A stretch of DNA of 64,000 nucleotides from Candidatus Hodarchaeota archaeon (GCA_016840035.1 JAEOTC010000077.1:34699-98698); one strand, 5' to 3'. Shown: positions 19,538 to 29,592, counted from the first letter of the stretch. Notes: generated from the sequence alone by a model not told the origin. Program-made: numbers and translations.

Positions 19538-22438
19538 ATGGTTTCTGGCAAGAAAGAGGTAATTTCTGTCCAAAATGCCCGAGTTCATAATCTCCGTAAC
19601 TTATCTGTCGAAATTCCTCATAATCAACTCGTTGTGATCACAGGTGTTTCTGGTAGTGGGAAATCAAGCTTGGCATTTGATGTCATCTTCGCAGAAGGAC
19701 AAAGACGTTATGTAGAGTCATTATCTGCCTATGCACGACAATTCCTTGGTAGAATGCAGAAACCTGATGTTGATCATATAGAGGGATTAAGTCCAGCTGT
19801 TAGTATTGAGCAAAAGACTACAAGCAGAAATCCTCGTTCCACTGTTGGTACTCAGACAGAAATTTACGATTACCTCCGTCTTCTTTATGCAAATGTAGGA
19901 ATTCCTCATTGCACTTCGTGTGGGAAAGAACTTAAGATTCAAACTCCTCAATCAATTGCAAGGATGATTCGGTCATGGGAAGAAGGAACACGCATCAAAA
20001 TACTTGCCCCTATCATTCGTGGAAAGAAAGGAACCCATCATACACAATGGGATCGATTGACAGAATTAGGATATGCACGAGTTAGGGTAGATAATGAAGA
20101 ATATGAGCTAACAGACCCTCCAAAACTTGATAGATACAAGATTCACACTATTGAAGTAATTATTGACCGATTAATCATTAATGACCACTTGTCTAAATCA
20201 CGGCTTATTGAAGCAATTGAGCAAGCCCTTGCATTAGGGGAGGGCTTACTTATTGTTACCAAGATCGAAAATGGTACAAAAAAGTCGATTGATAACTTAT
20301 TTTCAGAAAACTATGCCTGTGCTGATTGTTCTCTTTCATTTGAAGAATTAAAACCCAGAAATTTTAGTTTCAATTCTCCTTGGGGAAGTTGTCCAGAGTG
20401 TCAGGGTCTGGGAAAAACGCTGAAAATCGATCCTGATCTAATTATTACCAATAAAGATTTAAGTTTCCGAACAGGCGCCTTTATGGATAGACCATTAGAG
20501 CCCGGGACGTGGAGGTATTCCTACTACACTGCTCTCGATAAAGCTTGGGATGATTTTTCTGTAGACACCCCTGTTAAAGATCTATCTGATGATGTAATCG
20601 AAAGACTACTTCATGGATCCAAAGGGGATATTAGTATCGTTTTTGAATCAGATAAGAGTCGATGGGAGTCAAAAAAGCATCATCACGAAGGTCTCGTAAA
20701 TACGATTTGGCGTCGTTACCGTGAAACGAAATCTGATGGCTCACGAAGATATTATGAAACCTTAATGCGAAAAGATTCTTGTGAAACCTGCCAGGGAAAG
20801 CGACTAAAACCATCCAGCTTAGCAGTGACTATCAATGATAAAAATATTGTTGACATCAGTAATACTACAGTTGAGCAATGCTTAGATTGGATCGAGGAAA
20901 CGCGGGGAGGGTTATCAAAAACTCATCTAAAAATTGCAACGAATATATTAAGAGAAATAGAAAGTAGATTAATGTTTCTTATTTCTGTAGGATTACCGTA
21001 TTTGACATTGGATCGCGCATCGATGACATTGTCTGGAGGGGAATCACAGCGCATTCGACTGGCAACTCAAATCGGTTCAGCGTTAGTTGGAGTAACTTAC
21101 GTCTTAGATGAACCCAGTATCGGATTACACGCAAGAGATCAAAATAAACTACTTGAATCTTTGAAAAACTTACGTGCCATCGGTAATACTGTGATAGCAG
21201 TTGAACATGATCACCAAACTATTCTATCAGCAGATCATGTTATTGATCTCGGCCCTGGTCCAGGAATTCATGGAGGGACTCTAGTCGCCCAGGGCTCCCC
21301 TGAAGTAATTCTTAACTCCCCAAACTCTCTAACAGGAGCTTATCTATCGGGAAAAAAAGTTATTGCAATTCCAAAATCTCGTCTCAATGGAAATGGGAAA
21401 AAGATCTCCATATTTGGAGCTAAAGAGAACAATTTGAAGAATATCGATGTGGATTTTCCTCTTGGCAGATTTATTTGTTTAACAGGAGTATCAGGTTCAG
21501 GTAAATCGACTTTAATGAATGAAACTCTCTATAAAGGCTTAATGAAGTACTTACACGGTTCAAAAACACGTGTAGGAAGTCATGAGAAGTTTATTGGACT
21601 TGAGTATGTTGATAAAGTTATTAACATTGATCAAAGTCCTATAGGTAGAACTCCCAGAAGTAACCCAGCCACCTATACAGGAGTGTGGGATCATATTCGT
21701 CAATTATTTACCCAAGTAAAGGAGTCTAAACTTCGGGGATATAAACCAGGACGATTTTCGTTTAATGTGAAAGGAGGAAGATGTGAAAAATGCCGTGGAG
21801 GAGGCCAAATTAAAATTGAACTTTCATTTTTACCTGATGTATGGATAACTTGTGAAGATTGCAAAGGTAAGCGGTATAATTCAGAAACGCTTGAAATCCG
21901 TTATAAAGGTAAGAACATTTCCGATATCCTAAATCTAACCGTTGAGGAAGGATTGGAATTCTTCGAAAAAATCCCCCCGATTAAGAAAAAATTACAAACC
22001 ATTGTTGATGTAGGACTTGGGTATATCCAAATTGGTCAAGCAGCGACAACGCTTTCTGGCGGTGAAGCTCAAAGGGTCAAGTTAGCAAAAGAATTATCAA
22101 AGAAATCTACAGGAAAAACATTTTACATCTTAGATGAACCAACTACTGGTCTTTCCACACATGATATATCTTTTCTTCTGGCAGTTTTACAAAGACTTGT
22201 GAAAGAAGGAAATACTGTTGTAGTCATCGAACACAACCTTGATGTGATCAAAACCTGTGACTGGATCGTAGAGTTAGGCCCTGAGGGTGGTGATAATGGA
22301 GGAATGGTTCTAGCAACAGGAACTCCAGAGAAAATCGCTCAAGTCGACTGTCCTACAGGGTTGTTTTTACGAGAGATTCTGGAAGTTTACTCTACAAGCA
22401 CTTCACAGAAAAAAAACAAGGTTAAAACTACTGATTAA
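19538..22438 (+). CDS. uvrA: Excinuclease ABC subunit A
   Basis: Two ABC cassettes (GVSGSGKSSLAF and GVSGSGKST), LSGGESQRIRLATQIGS, FSFNSPWGSCPEC, PIGRTPRSNPATY, Zn fingers. Confidence 0.97.
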   Translation: MVSGKKEVISVQNARVHNLRNLSVEIPHNQLVVITGVSGSGKSSLAFDVIFAEGQRRYVESLSAYARQFLGRMQKPDVDHIEGLSPAVSIEQKTTSRNPRSTVGTQTEIYDYLRLLYANVGIPHCTSCGKELKIQTPQSIARMIRSWEEGTRIKILAPIIRGKKGTHHTQWDRLTELGYARVRVDNEEYELTDPPKLDRYKIHTIEVIIDRLIINDHLSKSRLIEAIEQALALGEGLLIVTKIENGTKKSIDNLFSENYACADCSLSFEELKPRNFSFNSPWGSCPECQGLGKTLKIDPDLIITNKDLSFRTGAFMDRPLEPGTWRYSYYTALDKAWDDFSVDTPVKDLSDDVIERLLHGSKGDISIVFESDKSRWESKKHHHEGLVNTIWRRYRETKSDGSRRYYETLMRKDSCETCQGKRLKPSSLAVTINDKNIVDISNTTVEQCLDWIEETRGGLSKTHLKIATNILREIESRLMFLISVGLPYLTLDRASMTLSGGESQRIRLATQIGSALVGVTYVLDEPSIGLHARDQNKLLESLKNLRAIGNTVIAVEHDHQTILSADHVIDLGPGPGIHGGTLVAQGSPEVILNSPNSLTGAYLSGKKVIAIPKSRLNGNGKKISIFGAKENNLKNIDVDFPLGRFICLTGVSGSGKSTLMNETLYKGLMKYLHGSKTRVGSHEKFIGLEYVDKVINIDQSPIGRTPRSNPATYTGVWDHIRQLFTQVKESKLRGYKPGRFSFNVKGGRCEKCRGGGQIKIELSFLPDVWITCEDCKGKRYNSETLEIRYKGKNISDILNLTVEEGLEFFEKIPPIKKKLQTIVDVGLGYIQIGQAATTLSGGEAQRVKLAKELSKKSTGKTFYILDEPTTGLSTHDISFLLAVLQRLVKEGNTVVVIEHNLDVIKTCDWIVELGPEGGDNGGMVLATGTPEKIAQVDCPTGLFLREILEVYSTSTSQKKNKVKTTD

Positions 22439-22550
22439 GGTTTTAAGCGTTTTAATTTCAACTTAAATTAACCATTGATTCTTTTTCTTGAGAATAGAGT
22501 ATTTCATAAACAATCGTTTTTATGGTATGTGTGTAAGAATTTGAATTAGA

Positions 22551-23702
22551 GTGAAGAAAAAGGTCTGCCTCCTAATGACTCAAGATAATCCAACAAAGAC
22601 ATTCGATGAAACAGATTTACTGTCATTTAACGAGATAAAACGATTAACAGATCTGGTTTTTGTCCCCTCAGGTTATATCGTTCAATTGAAGAACCTAAAA
22701 AATGAAATCCTCTGGGAAGATCCTCAAATCGTAAAGATAAGGGGTGACCAAAGAAATCAGAATTGTTACAAGGTTAATTTCGGAAGAGATTATCCATGCC
22801 CACATTGTTCCGCAATGGACAGCATTGAAAAAATGAAACCTATGATAAAAGAAGATAGAAGCCTCATCGATGGAAAATGGTATCGTGTCATTGCCCTTCC
22901 AATAACATATCAAGGAAAGATTGCCGCTATAGAACTCATACAAGATATTACTTCAGAAAGGCATCAAAGGCAATTATTTGATTCTCTAGCATCGAAAGAC
23001 TCTTTAGTATTAAATATTATTAGACATGATATTCCAAATTACTTGAATATAATAAATATGGCCTTAGAAAGTCTTGAATTGACAAATAAATTAGGAGAAA
23101 AAGAAAAATCATTTTTAAAGATAGCTCAATCTAATACCACACATACAATTTCCATTTTGGAAGAATTACGAGATTTAAGTAGACTAGAAGATCCAATGGG
23201 AAAATTAGAGAAAATTGAAATAATAACAACTCTTGAAGATTGTATCAAAGAAATATCTTCTATGTTCCCTGAAAAGACTTTACAGCCTGAATTTAATATA
23301 GAAGTTCCAAGAAATAATACAATAATCTGGGCTAATAAATTATTGGCAGAAATATTCTTAAATGTCTTAACAAATGCAATAAAATTCACAGAAAGTTCAC
23401 TAGTTGAAGTTAAGATTCAAATTACTGATTTCATTGATGAGCGTGAATACATTCAAATAAAATTTGATGATTTCGGGAGTGGTATTCCTCCAGAGATTAT
23501 TGAAGTTTTATTCAACAGAGCGGAGAGATTAAAAAGAGGATGGAAAGCAAAAAAGGGTTCTACTGGACTTGGAGTTACAATAATTAAATCTCTCGTTGAT
23601 ATTTTCGGTGGAGAAGTATTTTTTCTTAATAGAGTTAAGGAAGATTGGACTAAGGGAACTTCAGTAATACTCCGTTTTCCCCAAGTAATTAAAAGAACGT
23701 GA
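22551..23702 (+). CDS. Cytoplasmic sensor histidine kinase with a Cys-containing PAS-like input domain
   Basis: H-box RHDIPN, N-box NVLTNAIKF, DFGSGIP, GLGVTIIKSLV; input domain CYKVNFGRDYPCPHC. Confidence 0.88.
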   Translation: MKKKVCLLMTQDNPTKTFDETDLLSFNEIKRLTDLVFVPSGYIVQLKNLKNEILWEDPQIVKIRGDQRNQNCYKVNFGRDYPCPHCSAMDSIEKMKPMIKEDRSLIDGKWYRVIALPITYQGKIAAIELIQDITSERHQRQLFDSLASKDSLVLNIIRHDIPNYLNIINMALESLELTNKLGEKEKSFLKIAQSNTTHTISILEELRDLSRLEDPMGKLEKIEIITTLEDCIKEISSMFPEKTLQPEFNIEVPRNNTIIWANKLLAEIFLNVLTNAIKFTESSLVEVKIQITDFIDEREYIQIKFDDFGSGIPPEIIEVLFNRAERLKRGWKAKKGSTGLGVTIIKSLVDIFGGEVFFLNRVKEDWTKGTSVILRFPQVIKRT

Positions 23703-24003
23703 TGTAAAGCCTCCTTACCGGAAGTTGATTCTAATTTTCCCTCCAGTTGGGAAGTATTCCGACGAATTCTATATTGGTTTTACCTTTAACATAAGAGATT
23801 TAAAGTACTCAAGAGTGTCTTTAATTGCAAAGCAAGTGTTGAAATAAAAGTCTGAACATCGTTATTCCTTCAAAGGAATAATAAAATTCATAGTCTAAAG
23901 CATTAGACGGGAAGTGGAAGTTATTCAGTATAAATATACTGATACAGACGGTGTTTTTGATAACAACGCTTTAGATAAGTAAAAAATATAGAAGGTATAA
24001 ACT

Positions 24004-24138
24004 ATGAAAAAAATAAATTCAAAATACAATGGAACCGCCAATTTCGGCGCAGTTTTTAATTCACTGTTCGTTTCAGTGAATAACAATCGTCATATTAAAC
24101 CAGAACCTTATGTTCCAATTAATATGCGTAGTGCTTAG
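24004..24138 (+). CDS. Candidate 44-aa small protein
   Basis: MKKINSKYNGTANFGAVFNSLFVSVNNNRHIKPEPYVPINMRSA, with GAAGGT upstream and a hairpin over the stop codon. Coding status is unproven. Confidence 0.35.
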   Translation: MKKINSKYNGTANFGAVFNSLFVSVNNNRHIKPEPYVPINMRSA

Positions 24139-24154
24139 AATAATCTAAGCCTTT
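24133..24154. terminator. Hairpin between the small ORF and the convergent GGR gene
   Basis: GCTTAGA-ATAA-TCTAAGC followed by CTTT. Confidence 0.4.
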
Positions 24155-24196
24155 CAACCCCCAATTTTATTTAGGATCTCTTGTTGAGAGATGAAT

Positions 24197-25558
24197 TTAC
24201 CAATTTCTAATATTATCCATCACAGTAGTAAATTCATTTTCCCATTCAGGAAATTCTTCGGGTGAATTTGGGAATCTCTCAAAAAGATTATCGAATTTCT
24301 GTACACCTTTTACTATTTTATATAAATTATACAATAGATCATACCTTGGAAATCCTTTCAAGACGATTTTAAGGACTTCACTTCTTCCAAGACTCATTCC
24401 ACCGTGTAAGGTCATAAACTGATCTTGAGATAAAATTTTACGTTTAAATAGATATTCTAATCCTGGTGTTTTCACTTTACGTAGTGCTTCTGTGAACAAT
24501 TGTAATTTAGTATGAGATAATCCGAAATCTTTCATGACTGCCACGTTATATCCCCATAGTTGCTCAGCACGTACATCTTGAGCTTTTAAAGCCTCGGACG
24601 CGACTTTTCCTGCATAATATCCTGCTGCAAGAGCAGGCCCATGTCCTTCCGCAGAGAACGGATTGACATGAAAAGCACTATCTCCAGCGGCTATAAATCC
24701 ATGAGTCACGGCGTTCATTAGTGGATACCGTGTTGGAATTGTATACCCACCTTTATCTTCCACTTCATAGGTTCCTGGAGGATAGTATTTATGCAAAACT
24801 TCTCTAAAAAGCTCCTTCATCCCTTTCTCAACTGACATATCGAGATACCATCCAATACCAATATTTAATCTTTTAGGTCCCTTACTGAAGATCCAAAAAT
24901 ATCCAGGTTCAGGAATTTTACCGTCATATATCAAGAGTATTTTCTTTGCATACGGATGGTCTTCTTTTAGACGAATTATTTCACGGTAGGAGGCGGCTAC
25001 ATCTCTTTTTTCCATTTTCTTCTCTAAATTGGGAAAAAGGTGAGAAGGAACTGTTTTTCTGATCTGATAATTTCTTCCACTACAATCAATTGTGATGTGT
25101 GAATGAATCTCATATGGAGTTGTCTCCCCTTTTTTCTTTACTATTGCTCCTTTTACTCCAGTTTCATCTACGATTGCTTTTATTGCCTTAGTTTCTGCGC
25201 GTACTTCCACACCACTCTCTACTGCCAACTTTAAAAGACGTTGCCCATAAGGATGTCTATTAAGGACGAATCCGTCTCCAAATAATGGAAAAGTTACCTT
25301 ATCAGTTTGGAAAACTAAGGCTTCTACATCATCAGCTACTTCTTCGCCAGATGGGAATTTTATCCCTAGTTCTTTATCCAACATCTTCAGTGGGCCAAGA
25401 TTTATCGCATCCCCGCATGTTTTATTTCCTATCTCTTCATATGATTTAGCATCAATCAAAATAACTTTATGGCCATTTTTAGCTGAAGTCAATGCTGAAA
25501 TAACTCCAGCAGGCCCTCCACCGACCACTAAGACATCTGTATTTTCCATAATACCCAC
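24197..25558 (-). CDS. Geranylgeranyl reductase family (digeranylgeranylglycerophospholipid reductase-like)
   Basis: DVLVVGGGPAG, KTCGDA, PGYFWIF, AGDSAFHVNPFSAEG. Confidence 0.9.
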   Translation of the reverse strand: MGIMENTDVLVVGGGPAGVISALTSAKNGHKVILIDAKSYEEIGNKTCGDAINLGPLKMLDKELGIKFPSGEEVADDVEALVFQTDKVTFPLFGDGFVLNRHPYGQRLLKLAVESGVEVRAETKAIKAIVDETGVKGAIVKKKGETTPYEIHSHITIDCSGRNYQIRKTVPSHLFPNLEKKMEKRDVAASYREIIRLKEDHPYAKKILLIYDGKIPEPGYFWIFSKGPKRLNIGIGWYLDMSVEKGMKELFREVLHKYYPPGTYEVEDKGGYTIPTRYPLMNAVTHGFIAAGDSAFHVNPFSAEGHGPALAAGYYAGKVASEALKAQDVRAEQLWGYNVAVMKDFGLSHTKLQLFTEALRKVKTPGLEYLFKRKILSQDQFMTLHGGMSLGRSEVLKIVLKGFPRYDLLYNLYKIVKGVQKFDNLFERFPNSPEEFPEWENEFTTVMDNIRNW

Positions 25559-25645
25559 TATCCCGACAGATTGGGAAAAAGCTATTCTGATTAAAAAGAA
25601 AATCGATCATCACCCTCGCAATTAATTTCACAAAACTTTTTTAGA

Positions 25646-26746
25646 GTGAAACCTAGAGCTAGACAAATCTCACAGACTATTCTCTTGAGAGATGATATCG
25701 GAGCATATTTTGAAGTGGAATCGGACCAACGACGATTATATCTTAATAATTGGGCATTGATGACTTCAGACGACCGTGTGATGTGGTCTTTTGGAGATAT
25801 CAACCAAGAAAAACAACAAATGACACTCGACTTTATCACGGCTCTATCCAAGCTTGGTCATGAAATTTGGGGAACAGACCAATCAATTGGTACCATTCGG
25901 TTAAGATATGCTACACCTCACCCTAGTCATGCAAGAGAAATTTTGATTATTGATTTACATCGCAAATATAATATTGTGATATCTGATCCACTTGTTACTA
26001 CAAGACTTTTACGGAAGATTACGGTAAATGATGCTCAATCTCCGGAGATTGATAATATCCGAAGTATTCTTGCGGGATCTGCAGCAGTTACGTATTCCCA
26101 ATTCTTCTCTGAAGGAAGTTCCATGGAGCCATCTTTAGTGGATGAAATTTTCCAAGAAGCAGTAACTGCTGTTACTTATAATAAGAAAGTAACTGTTGGA
26201 AACGGAGAATGTTCATTTTCTGCTCTCTCGGTTGAAGAACTCCTCTTTTTCCATGCTTTATTGAAAAATTTATTTGAATCTCATTCCCGTTATTCGAGTT
26301 TCCCTGAAACTCGTCCTTGGGGCGTTGTACATTCTAGCACTGGAGCTCAAGTGTATTTAGAGCATCAACCTCCGATTGACGGTGCTTTAATTAGCGCCTT
26401 TTCCTCGGTTACTGCAGCATACTGCAATCTTCTATTTTCTGCATATCCAGCCCGACTTGTCTTTGGTTATGATGCTTCGTCAGGTATGGAATTTATATCA
26501 ACGACAAACAATATTTTCGTCATAAACAATCCACAGCGTCTTTTAAAACTCCAGAGATTTGTTCGACAATGGAAAAAAGTACCTAAAAATATCAAAGAAG
26601 ATCTCATTCCAGCAATGAAAGCATATTTTGTAGAATTAGCTACCTTAGAGGAGCAACAAAGGCTTAAATCTCTCGAATTTCATCAAGTAATAAATAATTT
26701 AACACATATGGGAATACGTCGAGCAAGGGAGTACAAAGAACTATAA
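25646..26746 (+). CDS. Hypothetical protein with two putative longin/roadblock-like domains
   Basis: Segments LDFITALSKLGHEIWG...IGTIRL and IDGALISAFSSVTAAYCNLLF each sit in a bb-a-bbb-a pattern, which I recognise as longin-like by eye. Confidence 0.55.
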   Translation: MKPRARQISQTILLRDDIGAYFEVESDQRRLYLNNWALMTSDDRVMWSFGDINQEKQQMTLDFITALSKLGHEIWGTDQSIGTIRLRYATPHPSHAREILIIDLHRKYNIVISDPLVTTRLLRKITVNDAQSPEIDNIRSILAGSAAVTYSQFFSEGSSMEPSLVDEIFQEAVTAVTYNKKVTVGNGECSFSALSVEELLFFHALLKNLFESHSRYSSFPETRPWGVVHSSTGAQVYLEHQPPIDGALISAFSSVTAAYCNLLFSAYPARLVFGYDASSGMEFISTTNNIFVINNPQRLLKLQRFVRQWKKVPKNIKEDLIPAMKAYFVELATLEEQQRLKSLEFHQVINNLTHMGIRRAREYKEL

Positions 26747-27196
26747 AGCGACCGATATATCAGCAATTAATGGATGAGTACTTTCTATTAGCTCTTCAAC
26801 GGATATAAGTAAATTTTTCCCTTCCTCACCTCCACCTCCATAGACTTTTTGTTGATTTAAAGCCAATTCGTCTAAGATTGTCGGTAATTCAAGACTGATG
26901 GGAGGAACGTCTCCAACGTAGTACCCTGTTTGCTTCTTAACTCTATTAGGCGAAGCTAGTTTAATATCTCGCACAAGTAACAATTTTTTTAACTTGGAGG
27001 TTTTTATTTTCCGATTTCCTTGTAAGATCACAAGATAGTAATTATCTGAAGGGTCTACAACAATAATAGATTTTACAATTTCTTCAATCTTGCATTTTAA
27101 TACTTTACATGTTTCTTCTACTGTTCGTGTAGGTGAATCAACAATAATTAACGATGCACTCAATCCATGTGTTGTAATATAGTCAGATAAATCCAT
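26741..27196 (-). CDS. YbaK/aminoacyl-tRNA deacylase family protein
   Basis: TRTVEE, IVKSII, LASP..VKKQTGYYVGDVPP, VYGGGG. Confidence 0.88.
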   Translation of the reverse strand: MDLSDYITTHGLSASLIIVDSPTRTVEETCKVLKCKIEEIVKSIIVVDPSDNYYLVILQGNRKIKTSKLKKLLLVRDIKLASPNRVKKQTGYYVGDVPPISLELPTILDELALNQQKVYGGGGEEGKNLLISVEELIESTHPLIADISVAL

Positions 27197-27275
27197 TATT
27201 AGACCCGAATCAGCTAATGTAAGTAGTGAAATCCACAGGGAGCTTTCTTAAAAATTATGTGAGATATTTCTAAAC

Positions 27276-27836
27276 ATGCTTTTTGGTCAGAATATTTACT
27301 TGCGAGGGTTAGAACTCACAGATCTTCCAGAAATCATGAAATATTGGAATAATCAAGAATTAAAACAATTTTTAAATGCAACTACACCTCATTCAGCTCA
27401 GGAAGAGGAGGAATGGATTCGTAAAACTTGGGAAGAAAGAAAAAATGGGGAATCCTATGTATATGGAATTGTTCTGACTGACTCTGACATCTATATTGGA
27501 AATGTAGAAGTTAGAATCAAAGACCCAATAAGTCGTCGTGGGAATTTAGGGATAGCAATATTTAATCCAGTTTATTGGGGTAAAGGATTTGGTACGGAGG
27601 CAATCGAAGTAATGCTCAAATATGCCTTTACAACCCTAAATCTACATTCAGCCGAACTGGAAGTGTTTTCAAATAATCCTCGAGCTCAGAGGTGTTATGA
27701 AAAATGTGGATTCCAGAAATCAGGTGTTCGACGCGAGGCTCTCTTTGTAAATGGGGAATATCGGGATATATTCCTATTAGATATAACAAAAGAAGAATGG
27801 AAAGATAAGAAATCTGAAAATCGCATATCTACTTAG
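27276..27836 (+). CDS. GNAT acetyltransferase, RimJ/RimL family
   Basis: IYLRGLE, YWGKGFGTEA, LNLH, NPRAQRCYEKCGF. Confidence 0.9.
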   Translation: MLFGQNIYLRGLELTDLPEIMKYWNNQELKQFLNATTPHSAQEEEEWIRKTWEERKNGESYVYGIVLTDSDIYIGNVEVRIKDPISRRGNLGIAIFNPVYWGKGFGTEAIEVMLKYAFTTLNLHSAELEVFSNNPRAQRCYEKCGFQKSGVRREALFVNGEYRDIFLLDITKEEWKDKKSENRIST

Positions 27837-28578
27837 CTTTTTTTGGAATTACTATTGTATTCTGAATGTTAATTAGTTCAGGTCTCTTCTTGTGGAATTG
27901 TCCATAAGTACAGTGGGATTTCAGCTGACAATTTTCACATAATGGCTTAACCTTATTACAAACTTGTTGACTGTGACTAACGATTAGTGCATGAAATTTG
28001 CCTAAAATGAAATAATCTGAGGGAAGGGATTCCGTCATTAATTCCTGAATAACCTCGTACTTTAATTGTAAAAATTTAATTTCTCCGAAAATCCGAGCAA
28101 AGAATCGTCTTGTGTATGTTCCAACAATAGGTACAGGAGAATTGAAACAATAGACTAGCAGGGAGTCTGCAGTTTCCTTTCCAACCCCTTTTATGTTAAT
28201 TAACTCCTTACGTGAGGGAACTCCATCCTTTCTTGAACTATAGCTAGAAAACGCTTTGGATAACGATATCAAGGATCGAGCCTTTTGCTTATAAAATCCT
28301 GCAGGACGTATTAGCTCTTCAAGATGGCCTACTTCAGTTCTAAGAATCTCCTCAAACGAATTGATATTTTCCTTAAATAAATTTGATATAGCAATATCTA
28401 CATTCTTCCAATTTGTATTTTGTACTAGGATTGTACCAATCGCTACCTCAAATATTTCTTGGGTTGATTTCTCTTTTAGCCAAAGCATCCAAGTCTCGTG
28501 ATGTGGTTCAATCCGTACATAGATGGTGGATAACATTTGAAAGAGACTAATGAACTCCAATGCAATCACTTCTCTCAT
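27829..28578 (-). CDS. Endonuclease III-related HhH-GPD DNA glycosylase with [4Fe-4S] motif
   Basis: ILVQNTNWKNV, PAGFYKQKA, HhH motif IKGVGKETADS, C-x6-C-x2-C-x5-C. The usual catalytic VD is VG here. Confidence 0.85.
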   Translation of the reverse strand: MREVIALEFISLFQMLSTIYVRIEPHHETWMLWLKEKSTQEIFEVAIGTILVQNTNWKNVDIAISNLFKENINSFEEILRTEVGHLEELIRPAGFYKQKARSLISLSKAFSSYSSRKDGVPSRKELINIKGVGKETADSLLVYCFNSPVPIVGTYTRRFFARIFGEIKFLQLKYEVIQELMTESLPSDYFILGKFHALIVSHSQQVCNKVKPLCENCQLKSHCTYGQFHKKRPELINIQNTIVIPKKAK

Positions 28579-28740
28579 TCATGAAGGGGAGGCTGAATCG
28601 ATTTGATTTTGGATGTTCAGTTTACTGACAATGTGTAAGATGCTAACTAGACAAATCAAACTTTACAGTTGTTCTTAAAACGAATTGTTAATAAATCCTC
28701 ACCTCATCCAATATTTGCACACTTGCTTTTTACTTTGAAT

Positions 28741-28793
28741 GACATATTGTCGGATAAAAGTAATGAATAAGTAGCTACTTAGGACGAATTGTC
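28741..28793. promoter_or_regulatory. Palindrome cluster in a divergent promoter region
   Basis: Perfect 14-bp palindrome TAAGTAGCTACTTA (28768-28781), flanked by GACATATTGTC (28741-28751) and GACGAATTGTC (28783-28793). Confidence 0.5.
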
Positions 28794-28824
28794 TAGTCAA
28801 ATTCATATATTATGACAAAATGGT

Positions 28825-29232
28825 TTGAATTGTATGTCGAGTCAAGACTCTGAAGTTCAGTTAGAAGTCATCGCTTGGCAAGTGATGATTGTCTCCGTTT
28901 TTCGACATACAGAAAGACAAACTCTAAATTTACTAATATCACTTTTAGGTATTTCATCCCTTGTTGATGCCACCTTTCTGATAGAACAAATATTTGAACT
29001 CATCAGAAAGGGAATGATCTATATTCCTGAAGCTAGACTGGAGATATTTCACGAGGCACCCGAACTTGTAGATGTTTATCTCATCAAGGATTTTGATGAA
29101 TCAATGAAATCTCTTGTCAAAGAACTTGCCGATCTAAGAGTAAAACTGAGTCAGGTTGAAGAAATTATTCCTCAAAAGGTTCTGATAGACTGGAAGAACT
29201 ATATTGAGGGCAAATACATTAACTCTCGATAG
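28825..29232 (+). CDS. Hypothetical protein
   Basis: 135-aa ORF, helical or possibly winged-helix; no recognised motif. Confidence 0.55.
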   Translation: MNCMSSQDSEVQLEVIAWQVMIVSVFRHTERQTLNLLISLLGISSLVDATFLIEQIFELIRKGMIYIPEARLEIFHEAPELVDVYLIKDFDESMKSLVKELADLRVKLSQVEEIIPQKVLIDWKNYIEGKYINSR

Positions 29233-29305
29233 TCTGCGTTGGATTTAGTTCAATCAATACATATCTAGCTTCTTGATTGACTTTGCACTTTGGCTCTAGA
29301 TTTTT

Positions 29306-29338
29306 AATCCTCTCCCAATCCTCCTTCAATCCTCCTCT
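29306..29338 (+). repeat. Three tandem 11-bp direct repeats upstream of the RHH gene (candidate operator)
   Basis: AATCCTCTCCC / AATCCTCCTTC / AATCCTCCTCT. Confidence 0.6.
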
Positions 29339-29379
29339 ATGAATATCGGAAGAATGAATCTTTTTGGAATTGACCCATT

Positions 29380-29592
29380 ATGACGAAAATCTCTGTTGAA
29401 GTACCTCAACACATACTTGATGACCTGCAAAACCATATTGGAACGGATAAAAAGTTCGTAAGTCTAAGTGATGCGATTCGTGCGGCATTACGCAAGTTAT
29501 TGGACTCTTTAGACGAGATTGATAAACGACATGGAAGAACATCCAAAATTTCAAAAGGAAAGTTAGTTGAAGATTCGATAAAGAAACAATGA
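29380..29592 (+). CDS. Ribbon-helix-helix (CopG/Arc/MetJ-type) transcriptional regulator
   Basis: MTKISVEVPQHILDDL...FVSLSDAIRAALRKLL. Confidence 0.85.
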   Translation: MTKISVEVPQHILDDLQNHIGTDKKFVSLSDAIRAALRKLLDSLDEIDKRHGRTSKISKGKLVEDSIKKQ

